From: Candidatus Shapirobacteria bacterium
GTDB taxonomy: Bacteria; Patescibacteriota; Microgenomatia; UBA12405
Direction of reading: 5' to 3'
Assembly: GCA_028704885.1 (NCBI GenBank)
Contig: JAQWEN010000001.1
Location: 286,679 to 350,678, forward strand
DNA: 64,000 bases
The first letter of the stretch is position 1. Every line of letters begins with the position of its first letter. Made by a program: the position numbers and the translations under genes. The notes beneath the pieces are model-generated. The model had not been told where the DNA came from. It saw nothing but the letters and a program-made list of their open reading frames with translations, and ran no database searches. Of the stretch, positions 10,207 to 18,936 are shown one piece after another.

Positions 10207-10881
10207 ATGAAAAATAAGATAAAAGAAATGAAGGGTTTTACCCTTGTGGAGCTTTTAATCGTTATCGCTTTGATTGCGATTTTGTCAGTGGCAGTATTGG
10301 CGACTATTAATCCAATTGAACAGTCAAACAAAGCAAGAGATGCTAAGTTTAGAAATGATACAGCCGAAGTTTTAAGTGCTTACGAAAGATACTATGCTTC
10401 ACAAAATAAATACCCATGGAGTTATCCAAGTTTGGCTCATCCAACAGAAGTAGTTCTGGATGGAACTAGCGGAATTTCCTTTTTGGCGACTGATTGGAGA
10501 TTTGGAGTGATTGATGCCGCTGATACTAATGGTGGTCAATTGATTACAACTTCAGAATTAAAGAGTGCTTTTACTGGTAAAGACTTTTTTAAGGATATTG
10601 CTGCAGCTGAACTAAATGGTGTTGATGCTGTTTATGCATTTCATTCTGGTGATAATAATTATGTTTGTTATTGTCCAAAAGCTAATGCTAATAGGACTGG
10701 TACAGTCGGTACTACTCTAAAGTGTTTAAATGCCGTAACGGATGATGGAAGTGCGGTGTTAAGTGATATTGGTACTGGTACTTGTGCTGTTCCAGCTGAT
10801 CCTAAAGCTACAGATTATTGTACGATTGGCGCATCGGCTGCTAATTTGATGTGTGTACCTGAAGGGAATGTCGCTCTTTAA
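10207..10881 (+). CDS. type IV (major) pilin, class III signal peptide, Cys-rich C-terminus
   Basis: N-terminus KGFTLVELLIVIALIAIL (prepilin G|FTLVE motif). Own promoter and strong terminator. 7 Cys in the C-terminal third. Confidence 0.8.
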   Translation: MKNKIKEMKGFTLVELLIVIALIAILSVAVLATINPIEQSNKARDAKFRNDTAEVLSAYERYYASQNKYPWSYPSLAHPTEVVLDGTSGISFLATDWRFGVIDAADTNGGQLITTSELKSAFTGKDFFKDIAAAELNGVDAVYAFHSGDNNYVCYCPKANANRTGTVGTTLKCLNAVTDDGSAVLSDIGTGTCAVPADPKATDYCTIGASAANLMCVPEGNVAL

Positions 10882-10902
10882 TTGATTGTTTTTTAAAAGA
10901 AT

Positions 10903-10930
10903 AAAACCCCGCTTAACGGCGGGGTTTTTT
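10903..10930 (+). terminator. rho-independent terminator after the major pilin gene
   Basis: aaaaCCCCGC-ttaacg-GCGGGGtttttt, a GC-rich stem followed by a T-run. Confidence 0.8.
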
Positions 10931-10954
10931 GTTGGTCGAAACCCACCCCTTAAT

Positions 10955-10978
10955 CCCCTCCCTTGAAGAAAGGAGGGG
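10955..10978 (+). promoter_or_regulatory. hairpin CCCCTCC-N10-GGAGGGG that sequesters the SD-like AGGAGG upstream of pilD
   Basis: 7-bp perfect inverted repeat. The 3' arm contains the AGGAGG element ahead of the pilD ATG at 10996. Confidence 0.4.
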
Positions 10979-10995
10979 AAAAAGTAAAATGAGAT

Positions 10996-11796
10996 ATGGA
11001 AATTTTATTAGGGATAATTGTTTTTATTTTGGGATTGTGTTTTGGAAGTTTTATAAACATGTTGGTATATCGGACAGCGGAAAGATATAAATTAATTAAT
11101 AATGAAAAATTAATAATTAGTGATAAAGGCAGATCATTTTGTGATTATTGCGGTAAACAATTAAAATGGTATGAAAATATTCCAGTGTTTTCTTGGCTAT
11201 TTTTAAAGGGTAAAACAAAATGTTGTCATAAAAAATTACCAGTCTCCTACCCTGTTGTCGAGTTAACAACTGGATTATTATTTTTAATTTTTAATTCGAA
11301 ATTTGAAATTTTTAATCAAATCCAAATTTTTAATTTTCAATTTTTAATTGGATTATTAATAATAGTTTTATTGGTATTTAGTACAGCGTTTGATTGGAAA
11401 TACATGATTTTACCTGATTTTTCGACAATTATATTAGTCTCTGGTGCTCTAGTTCTCTGGTTCTCTGGACATTTTGGTGAATGGAATTATTTTTTGTCGG
11501 GATTAATATCAGCTGGGTTTTTGTTGGTTTTAAATTTAATTACTAAAGGTAAGGGTATGGGAATGGGAGATGTTAAATTGGCTGTTTTTATGGGGTTATT
11601 ATTGGGATTTCCTAATATAATTTTGGCTTTTTATGTGGCTTTTATTGTTGGGGCAATTTATGGAATAGGATTAATGATTTTTAAAAAAGCAAACAAAAAG
11701 AAACAGGTTCCATTTGGTCCTTTTTTAATACTAGGAACATTAACGGCTTGGTGGTTTGGAGAAAAGATTGTAGAATTAATAAAATTAAGGTTATGA
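10996..11796 (+). CDS. pilD: prepilin peptidase PilD (A24 family)
   Basis: N-terminal CDYCGKQL...CCHKKL zinc-binding Cys pairs and polytopic membrane segments. 266 aa. Confidence 0.85.
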   Translation: MEILLGIIVFILGLCFGSFINMLVYRTAERYKLINNEKLIISDKGRSFCDYCGKQLKWYENIPVFSWLFLKGKTKCCHKKLPVSYPVVELTTGLLFLIFNSKFEIFNQIQIFNFQFLIGLLIIVLLVFSTAFDWKYMILPDFSTIILVSGALVLWFSGHFGEWNYFLSGLISAGFLLVLNLITKGKGMGMGDVKLAVFMGLLLGFPNIILAFYVAFIVGAIYGIGLMIFKKANKKKQVPFGPFLILGTLTAWWFGEKIVELIKLRL

Positions 11797-12455
11797 AACA
11801 GAAAAATGGTTTTACTTTAGTGGAATTATTGATTGGAATAACAATTGTAGTAATATTGGCTATTATGATGATAGGTGCTTTTAATGCAGTTGGAATAACA
11901 AATAAAGCTAGAGATGCCAGGAGAAAAAAAGATTTAAACAGGATTAAAATTGCCCTTGAAGAATATTTTAATAATAGAGGTGAATTTCCCCAAGATGTTG
12001 CTACTTGGAATATAAAATCTAACTGTGGAAAAAATATTCCACAACTTCCAACTTTAAGTTCATTACCATGTGATCCAAAAGGTGAACCTTATTTCATATT
12101 AGTGGAAGTAAATAAATTTAGGATAATTACTGATCTGGAAAATAAAAAAGATAAAGATATTCCTGACGGTTGGTATTCAAGAAATGATTTTCAAATACCT
12201 CTATTTGGTCTAACAACAATGAATGTAAATTATGGAGTGTCGAGTACTAATATTTTGTGGTATGAGGATTATCTTGCTAATTATGGTGGTTGTAATACAA
12301 ACGATTGTCTAAGTAATGAAAGTGGAGTTTGTAATATGGCATCTGGTGGATGTAGTGGTAATAACTGTTATTATATGGATAACGATCCAAACAATAATTG
12401 TGATAAAAATGAAGCGAAATGTAAGGTTAGTTGTTGCGGCACTAGCTGCGATTAA
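11793..12455 (+). CDS. pilin-like protein with extremely Cys-rich C-terminal tail
   Basis: MKQKNGFTLVELLIGITIVVIL prepilin N-terminus. The ATG overlaps the pilD stop (ATGA). The last ~70 aa contain about 14 Cys, including CSGNNCYY and CKVSCCGTSCD. Confidence 0.75.
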   Translation: MKQKNGFTLVELLIGITIVVILAIMMIGAFNAVGITNKARDARRKKDLNRIKIALEEYFNNRGEFPQDVATWNIKSNCGKNIPQLPTLSSLPCDPKGEPYFILVEVNKFRIITDLENKKDKDIPDGWYSRNDFQIPLFGLTTMNVNYGVSSTNILWYEDYLANYGGCNTNDCLSNESGVCNMASGGCSGNNCYYMDNDPNNNCDKNEAKCKVSCCGTSCD

Positions 12456-12460
12456 TAATT

Positions 12461-12901
12461 ATGAAAAAGAATTTTAATATTTTTGAATTTTTGATAGTAA
12501 TAATAGTTATTGGAATTTTGTCTTTAATAACTTATAAACAGTTTGCATTGGCCCAGGGAAAGTCTAGAGATTTACAAAGAAGGTCTGATTTACATGAATT
12601 TTCTAAAATAATAAAATTGTATTATTCTGATTACAAAAAGTTACCAGACGAAGAACTAATAAATAGTCTTTGGGGAAAAAGTTTTATAGATAGCGGATAT
12701 ACCTATGCTGATTCGGTACCAAAAGAAAAAAAAGGAGATAAAGAATATTGTTATCAAATTGGCGAAGATGGTGTTTCATTTAAGATGTCGGCTGAATTTG
12801 AAAATAAAAGTGATTTTGATTGTAAAAAAGATGGACAGTTGTGCAACGGAATTAAATATTGCTATACTGATATTATCTATGTTAATAAAACAACAGAATA
12901 A
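12461..12901 (+). CDS. pilin-like protein with atypical leader (Asn instead of Gly at -1)
   Basis: MKKNFNIFEFLIVIIVIGIL...SRDLQRRSDL has the same architecture as neighbouring pilins but lacks the G|FT cleavage motif. Confidence 0.55.
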   Translation: MKKNFNIFEFLIVIIVIGILSLITYKQFALAQGKSRDLQRRSDLHEFSKIIKLYYSDYKKLPDEELINSLWGKSFIDSGYTYADSVPKEKKGDKEYCYQIGEDGVSFKMSAEFENKSDFDCKKDGQLCNGIKYCYTDIIYVNKTTE

Positions 12902-13292
12902 AAATATTTTGGGTTTTAGTTTGATTGAATTATTAGTGGTTATTTCGATTATTGGAGTTTTGTCGGCGGTGCTGGTGGCTAATTTTATGGGAATGAGAGA
13001 AAGGGCTAGAGATGCTCAAAAAATTCAGGATTTAGGGGCAATTAAAAATGCCTTGAGATTGTATTACAATGATAATCAATCGTATCCTGTAGATTTTAGA
13101 ACGATTGCTCCAACTTATATATCATCGATTCCAGATGCTGTTTATGTTTATAATCCGGATCCATTAACTTATGATAGTTTCACTTTAACTGTTCAACTGG
13201 AGGCTGGAGCTGGAGACGAAGATATAGAATCTCAGGCTAAGTGCAATACTGGAACCAATGATGACAAAATTTTTGCAGTTTGTGCAAATTAG
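12879..13292 (+). CDS. pilin-like protein (minor pilin)
   Basis: MLIKQQNKNILGFSLIELLVVISIIGVL. Start chosen at an internal Met of track ORF 12705..13292. It overlaps the preceding gene by 23 nt. Confidence 0.6.
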   Translation: MLIKQQNKNILGFSLIELLVVISIIGVLSAVLVANFMGMRERARDAQKIQDLGAIKNALRLYYNDNQSYPVDFRTIAPTYISSIPDAVYVYNPDPLTYDSFTLTVQLEAGAGDEDIESQAKCNTGTNDDKIFAVCAN

Positions 13293-13335
13293 TTAGTGCT
13301 TTAGAACGCTAGAGCGTTAGAACTTTAGATAAAAA

Positions 13336-13809
13336 ATGAATAAATTAAATATAAAAAAAGGATTTACATTAGTTGAACTTTTGGTGGTGATTTCGATTAT
13401 GGGAATTTTGACAGTGATTTCTTTATCTTCTTTTACAACTGCTCAAGTTAAAGCTCGTGATGCTCAAAGAAAATCAGACTTGGATCAGGTTTCGAAAGCT
13501 TTAATGTTGTATTACAGTGATACAGGAACTTTTCCTGCTTTGGCATCAAGCGATTTATTTGGTCAGGAGAATGGATTAAGTATAGGAGTTGACCCAAATA
13601 TTGTTTATTATATGAGAAAAACTCCACAAGATCCGAAATCTCCAACTATGGTTTATGAATATAAAACTGATGGTAAATCCTTTAATTTGTTTGCTAATTT
13701 AGAAAATACAAAAGATTCTCAATGCCCACAACCAGCTCCTTATACAGTTGGTGGAGTTAGTTATTGTTATGGAGTAGCTAGTCCAAATACTACTCTCAAA
13801 AGCTGGTAA
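13336..13809 (+). CDS. pilin-like protein (minor pilin)
   Basis: KGFTLVELLVVISIMGIL prepilin motif, followed by ARDAQRKSDL...YY. Confidence 0.75.
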   Translation: MNKLNIKKGFTLVELLVVISIMGILTVISLSSFTTAQVKARDAQRKSDLDQVSKALMLYYSDTGTFPALASSDLFGQENGLSIGVDPNIVYYMRKTPQDPKSPTMVYEYKTDGKSFNLFANLENTKDSQCPQPAPYTVGGVSYCYGVASPNTTLKSW

Positions 13810-13830
13810 TTTCTAATTATTAATAAAAAT

Positions 13831-14283
13831 ATGAAAAAAAATAAAAAAAATAAAGGATTCACACTTTTTGAACTTTTGGTTAGTATTTCAATTATTGGAA
13901 TTTTGACAGCTTTGGCGTCGGTGGCCTTTTCGGGAGCGCAAAAGAAAGCTAGAGATGCTAGAAGATTGGAAGATGTAAAAAATATTCAAACGGCAGCTGA
14001 ACAATATTATTCCCAAAGTCCAACATATAGTTATCCAGCTACTTATGTAGCAGGTAATACATGGACACCTGTTGCCGGTGGAACGGCTGTTTTAGAAAGT
14101 TATCCAAATGATCCTAAGGGTGCTGCTTATGGATCTTATGCTTGTGCTTCTGGTGCTACCTGTAATACAACAGGTTATTGTATTTGTGCTTTGATGGAAA
14201 ACTCAGCAAACGCTAATGCAACTGGTGCTTGTAATTTTTCTGTTGGTGTTAAAACTCATTTTTGTGTGAAAAATCAACAATAA
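13831..14283 (+). CDS. pilin-like protein (minor pilin)
   Basis: KGFTLFELLVSISIIGIL. C-terminal Cys pairs. Confidence 0.75.
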   Translation: MKKNKKNKGFTLFELLVSISIIGILTALASVAFSGAQKKARDARRLEDVKNIQTAAEQYYSQSPTYSYPATYVAGNTWTPVAGGTAVLESYPNDPKGAAYGSYACASGATCNTTGYCICALMENSANANATGACNFSVGVKTHFCVKNQQ

Positions 14284-14285
14284 AT

Positions 14286-14636
14286 ATGAAAAACAAAAAA
14301 AATGGTTTTACTTTAATAGAATTGATTGTTTCAATAACCATAATTGCAGTGTTAACAGTTGCCGGAGTAATTAGTTACAGTGGAGCTAGTAAAAAAGCTA
14401 GAGATAGTCGAAGAATGGCTGATTTGGAGAAGATAAGAATTGCTTTGGAGCTCTATAGACAAGGAACTGGGAGCTCTTATCCAGCAACAACAAGTGCTTT
14501 GGTCCCTAATTATTTACAAACCGTTCCAACCGGTCCTAAAGGAGAAGCTTATACGTATACTAATTCTGGTTATAAATATGTTTTAAAAACAACATTGGAA
14601 GAAACTGGAGTTGGTTATAGTATCACTAACCCATAA
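14286..14636 (+). CDS. pilin-like protein (minor pilin)
   Basis: MKNKKNGFTLIELIVSITIIAVL. Start placed at the Met after the upstream stop codon. Confidence 0.7.
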   Translation: MKNKKNGFTLIELIVSITIIAVLTVAGVISYSGASKKARDSRRMADLEKIRIALELYRQGTGSSYPATTSALVPNYLQTVPTGPKGEAYTYTNSGYKYVLKTTLEETGVGYSITNP

Positions 14637-14642
14637 TTAGAA

Positions 14643-15101
14643 ATGAAAAATAGAAATGCTTTTACTTTGATTGAATTGTTGGTGGCAATAACGATTGGAA
14701 TGTTAGTAGTTGGGTTTGGATCAGTAGCATTAAATGATTTTAATGAAAAACAAAAAGTGGAAGCTACTAGACAAGAATTATTGAGTAATTTGAGATTGGC
14801 TAGAAATTATGCCATAACCAATCAATTAGGTGGAGCCACAAAAATAGTTGTTTCGATTAGTCAGAGCGGAGTTATAAAAATAACAGATAATCTTTCTTTA
14901 AAAACTTTTTTAGATAAAGATATTTCACCAAACGGAATAATAATCACGGCTCCAACTATTTATTTTAGTGTTAGCGATGGTAGGTCTGTTACTAATGCCA
15001 CTCCTTTGGTAGGAGCAACAGTAGACATTAGTATCGCTACAAATGACAACAGCACTATTAAAAATATTAAAATTGATGAATCGGGATTAATATATGAATA
15101 A
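14643..15101 (+). CDS. minor pilin / pseudopilin (GspH/FimT-like)
   Basis: NAFTLIELLVAITIGMLVV N-terminus. Confidence 0.65.
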   Translation: MKNRNAFTLIELLVAITIGMLVVGFGSVALNDFNEKQKVEATRQELLSNLRLARNYAITNQLGGATKIVVSISQSGVIKITDNLSLKTFLDKDISPNGIIITAPTIYFSVSDGRSVTNATPLVGATVDISIATNDNSTIKNIKIDESGLIYE

Positions 15102-15480
15102 TAAAAAAGGACAAAGTTTAATTGATGTGATTTTTTCAATGGGAATAGTAGTGTTGGTTTTAACTGGGATAATTGTTTTGGTAGTAAATACGGCTAAAGT
15201 TAAAAGATTAGCTTTTGAAAGACAAAAGGCTGTAGAATTGTCGCAATTATTGATCGAATATAAGATCTTAGAAAGTAAAAGTGATTCGTTTAGTTTTTGG
15301 AATGGAGGTAGTTATGGTATTAATAATAAGGATTTTGGCAGTGATTTTTCAGGTTATTCGTATACCATTAATCATGATAGTGGGTGTAATGATCAAAATT
15401 GTAAAATAACTTTTACAATAAATTGGGGTGATGGTCAAAGTTTATCAGTTGAAAGATTATTTTTGAGGAAAGGAATATGA
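15094..15480 (+). CDS. minor pilin-like protein (PilV/GspI-like)
   Basis: KGQSLIDVIFSMGIVVLVLTG hydrophobic N-terminus, with Glu at +5 replaced by Asp. Confidence 0.5.
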   Translation: MNNKKGQSLIDVIFSMGIVVLVLTGIIVLVVNTAKVKRLAFERQKAVELSQLLIEYKILESKSDSFSFWNGGSYGINNKDFGSDFSGYSYTINHDSGCNDQNCKITFTINWGDGQSLSVERLFLRKGI

Positions 15481-15980
15481 AAAAAGGATTTACTTTGATT
15501 GAAATTTTGATTGTGGTTGGAGTGGTGATGGTTATAATGGTTTCGATAAGTGGAATAATGTCGGGAGTTTTTACTTCTCAAAATAAAAATAAAAGCAGTG
15601 ATGCTGTAACTCAAAATGGCAGTTGGATTTTAAATGAATTAAAAAAGAATGTGTTAAATGCTGATAGTAATGGACAAAATTTTGTTTGTAATGGTAATTC
15701 TATTTTGATAACTAGTATTAAAGATAAAGAAACAACATTAATTAGTTGTGTTGAAAATAATAATATTGCTTCTTTTTCGGCAAAAAGAAATTCGACTATT
15801 AATCTTATTAATAATAATGAATTAAGATTGACTGGTTGTGGTAATTTTGTGAATTGTACTACTTTACCTAATGGACAGTTATCAAAAGTGACATTTAATT
15901 TTAGCTTGGGGGCTGGAGTGGCTGGTTTGACAAGTGAAACAAACAAAAACTTTTCAATTGATGTGACTTTAAGAAATTAG
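15477..15980 (+). CDS. minor pilin-like protein
   Basis: KKGFTLIEILIVVGVVMVIMV prepilin N-terminus. 167 aa. Confidence 0.65.
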   Translation: MKKGFTLIEILIVVGVVMVIMVSISGIMSGVFTSQNKNKSSDAVTQNGSWILNELKKNVLNADSNGQNFVCNGNSILITSIKDKETTLISCVENNNIASFSAKRNSTINLINNNELRLTGCGNFVNCTTLPNGQLSKVTFNFSLGAGVAGLTSETNKNFSIDVTLRN

Positions 15981-16031
15981 AAATTAATAGTACCTTGAGT
16001 CTCGAGATAAAAGTCTATATACTTAATTCAT

Positions 16032-17057
16032 ATGAGTAGCGTTTTAGGTATTGATATTGGTCAAAATACGGTAAAGATTGCCTGTCTTTCCAATGATAAT
16101 TCTAAGGTTATATTGGAGGCAGTTGGCGAGAGTAGAACACCTAAATTTGAAGATAAAGAGATTGATAAGGATAAATTTTTGAATGAAGCTGGAAAAGTAA
16201 TTAAAAATTTGTTAAGTGATCTTAAAATAAAAAATAAACAGGCGGTGGTTAGTTTGCCTGAGGATGAAGTAATAAGTAGATTAGTAAGATTGCCACCTCT
16301 AAAAGATAGTGAAATTATGGATGCTCTTCGTTTTGAAGCTGAGACTTTTGTACCATTTCCATTAGAAGAAGTTTTAATAGATTACGAAATAATAGAAAAA
16401 GATGATTCTGGCAGATTGACTATTTTTGTAATTGCAGCAAAAAATGATTTGATAAATAGTTATCTTAAATTATTCAAATCAATTGGTTTGGAATTGTTAG
16501 CGTTGGAATCCCCTGCTATCTCATTAAGAAGGGTTTTGAAATTAGGAATGCCAATGGTGGAAAGAGTGGTGGTAGTTGATATGGGGGAAAAATATTCTGA
16601 TGTATTTAGTATAAATAAAAATAATGTTTATTTTGCTCGATCTTTATCAGTTGGTGGCGAATCTTTAACTAGAGCAATCTCTTTAAATTTAAGTTTAGAT
16701 ATGGCATCAGCGGAGGAGTATAAAAAAGCATATGGAATGAAAGGAGATGAACTTGAAGGAAAAATAAAAAATGCAATTATGCCGGTTTTTAATGATATAA
16801 GTGAAGAAATAAGAAAAACATTGGCTTTGTTTAACGAAGATATTGGTAAACCGGCGGAATTATTGGTTTTGAGTGGCGGCGGGGCTAATTTACCTGGTAT
16901 GGCTGAAGAATTAACAAAGATATTAGGAATTGAAGTGCAAGTATTGCAACCCTTCGTAAATATAGATACAACCAAAACCCAATTTGGCTATAATTTAAAT
17001 ACAGAAGGTTGTAAATTTTCTTTAGCAGTTGGTTTAGCTTTAAGAGGTCTAATATGA
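16032..17057 (+). CDS. pilM: type IV pilus assembly protein PilM (actin-like ATPase fold)
   Basis: 341 aa with an FtsA/PilM-like fold (LGIDIG.. N-terminus). Located directly upstream of single-TM genes. Confidence 0.75.
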   Translation: MSSVLGIDIGQNTVKIACLSNDNSKVILEAVGESRTPKFEDKEIDKDKFLNEAGKVIKNLLSDLKIKNKQAVVSLPEDEVISRLVRLPPLKDSEIMDALRFEAETFVPFPLEEVLIDYEIIEKDDSGRLTIFVIAAKNDLINSYLKLFKSIGLELLALESPAISLRRVLKLGMPMVERVVVVDMGEKYSDVFSINKNNVYFARSLSVGGESLTRAISLNLSLDMASAEEYKKAYGMKGDELEGKIKNAIMPVFNDISEEIRKTLALFNEDIGKPAELLVLSGGGANLPGMAEELTKILGIEVQVLQPFVNIDTTKTQFGYNLNTEGCKFSLAVGLALRGLI

Positions 17058-17596
17058 AGGAAGGTTTAAATTTATTACCATCGGTAGCTAAGTTTCAAGC
17101 AGCTAGAATTAAACTCAAGAAAAAAATTAGCTTAATTACAGGTGTTTTTTTAGGTTGTTGGATTTTATCAATGGTAATTATTTTTGTTTGGTTAGGATTA
17201 AATAATCTTTTGTTGAATAAAGCAAAAAAAGAAAATACTTCAACATTAAATCAATATAAATCTTTGGTAAGCAGCGTGGTTCTTTCAAAAAAAAATAAAT
17301 ACCAAGCTAAATTGGTTGGTAAAGTTTTGAGTGAGAGATTTGAATATGGAGCTTCAATTAATAAAATAACAAATTTATTTTCTGGGAATATTTTTCTTGA
17401 AAATTTTGAAATAAAAAATAAAAAACAATTTATATTAAAATGTTTATTGGTTGATGGATCTAGTATGCTTGAAGTTGAAGAAAAAGTTAGAGATATTAAT
17501 TTAGGTATGTTTTCTGATTTTAAATCAGCTAAATTGAATTCAATAGATGTTGATAAAACTGGTTGGAAATTTGAAATGGAGGTTAATTTAATATGA
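17054..17596 (+). CDS. pilN: PilN-like bitopic membrane protein
   Basis: Short cytoplasmic N-terminus, one TM segment, then a periplasmic/extracellular domain. Translationally coupled to pilM. Confidence 0.45.
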   Translation: MKEGLNLLPSVAKFQAARIKLKKKISLITGVFLGCWILSMVIIFVWLGLNNLLLNKAKKENTSTLNQYKSLVSSVVLSKKNKYQAKLVGKVLSERFEYGASINKITNLFSGNIFLENFEIKNKKQFILKCLLVDGSSMLEVEEKVRDINLGMFSDFKSAKLNSIDVDKTGWKFEMEVNLI

Positions 17597-18369
17597 AAAA
17601 AAATAAATTTTTTAGTTTAAATTTACCAGATAAGGTTTTTGGAATTGAGAAATCGTTATTAATGTTTTTTTTACCTCCACTTTGTTTAATAGTATTATTT
17701 TTTATTATTTTAAATTTGGTTTTAGTGCCAAAAATTAATGAAATTGGGGAAATAAAAAATAAAATTAACGAAGTTAAAGCTAATACTGATAAAATTAAGG
17801 CACAAAATAAATACTTAATGTCTATTGATCAAGAAGAATTAAAGAGAGATGCTGAGTATTTAGACAATGCAGTTTTGAAAGATAAAAAATCTTATTTGTT
17901 GGTGGAAATAATAAGAGGAGTGGCAGATGATTTTGGCTATCAGATTGAAAGTTTTTCTTTAACACCTGGGGAATTAAAAGAAGAAGAAGAAGAGAGCTCT
18001 ATTAAAATTTCTGCTTCTAATGATACGGTTAAAATGCCAATTAATTTAACAATGATTGGCCCAAAAGAAAAAACTTTAGAATTAATTTCCGCCTTAGAAA
18101 AAACGTTACCAATCTTATTTATTGATAAATTTGAAACTAAAAATTCAGGAGGATTAACTCAACTGAATTTAACTGTTTCTTCTTATTATGTTAATGATAA
18201 ATCTAATATTGAAACGGAAAATATAACACTAGATGACCTAATTTTATCTAAGGAAGAATCAGCCTTAATAACCAGAATAAGTAGCTTTAATAAGATAGAA
18301 AACAATCAAGTTGATACTGGAAACTCTGAGTTCAAGAAATATATTAGAGAAAATCCTTTTAGTCTTTAA
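17593..18369 (+). CDS. pilO: PilO-like bitopic membrane protein
   Basis: One TM segment, a coiled-coil region and an acidic stretch. Follows the pilN-like gene. Confidence 0.4.
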   Translation: MKKNKFFSLNLPDKVFGIEKSLLMFFLPPLCLIVLFFIILNLVLVPKINEIGEIKNKINEVKANTDKIKAQNKYLMSIDQEELKRDAEYLDNAVLKDKKSYLLVEIIRGVADDFGYQIESFSLTPGELKEEEEESSIKISASNDTVKMPINLTMIGPKEKTLELISALEKTLPILFIDKFETKNSGGLTQLNLTVSSYYVNDKSNIETENITLDDLILSKEESALITRISSFNKIENNQVDTGNSEFKKYIRENPFSL

Positions 18370-18598
18370 TCTTTAGTAAGAAGCGAGTGGTTGGATAAGA
18401 AAGGTTTAAAATAGTTCGAATTGATTTAATTATTTTTCCTTCTTTTCCAATAATTTTTCCAACAACTTCTGATGGAGCACTGATTTCAAAAGTTATTAAT
18501 GAATTTTCTTCAGAATCAGTGATAACAATATCTTTTGATTCAGTTTCTGGGACAATGGCTTTAACAATGTATTCAAGAGTATCTTTTATAGTATTCAT
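18359..18598 (-). CDS. KH-domain RNA-binding protein (YlqC/UPF0109-like)
   Basis: VGKIIGKEGKIIKSIR matches a KH GXXG loop. It conventionally follows rpsP. Confidence 0.7.
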   Translation of the reverse strand: MNTIKDTLEYIVKAIVPETESKDIVITDSEENSLITFEISAPSEVVGKIIGKEGKIIKSIRTILNLSYPTTRFLLKIKD

Positions 18599-18601
18599 AT
18601 T

Positions 18602-18928
18602 TTATCCTTGAACTTCTTCAACTGGAATTTCTTCTGTTTTTACTTCTTCTTTAATTTCTTCAGTTTTTTCTTTTTTAACCTTTTGACTTACCTTTTTTGG
18701 ATATTTATCTGGGTTTAAAAGACGATCAACACCGAAAGTGACTTGAGCACCTTTTTTGATCCAATCAGCCATTTTTTGTTTATCAACTTCAATGGTTTTG
18801 GTTTGAGGAGTATAAAAACCTAAATCGTCAATAACTGGGCCGTTTAATTTACTGCGGTCTTCAGCAATGACAATTCGATAAGTGATTTGATGAGTTTTGC
18901 CACGAGGGGCAAGTTTAATTTTTAGCAT
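18602..18928 (-). CDS. rpsP: 30S ribosomal protein S16
   Basis: MLKIKLAPRGKTHQITYRIVIAEDRSKLNG. Confidence 0.9.
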   Translation of the reverse strand: MLKIKLAPRGKTHQITYRIVIAEDRSKLNGPVIDDLGFYTPQTKTIEVDKQKMADWIKKGAQVTFGVDRLLNPDKYPKKVSQKVKKEKTEEIKEEVKTEEIPVEEVQG

Positions 18929-18936
18929 ATGGTGGA

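Noticed and set aside
12705-13292. Long 5' extension of the pilin ORF (195 aa starting at 12705)
   Set aside because: The first 58 codons overlap the preceding pilin gene in another frame and have no pilin features. The prepilin leader begins at the internal Met at 12879.
13293-13335. Imperfect palindrome and repeats TTAGAACGCT-AG-AGCGTTAGAAC between two pilin genes
   Set aside because: The arms are imperfect and the 2-nt loop is too small for a stable hairpin. It may be a weak regulatory site, but the evidence is insufficient.
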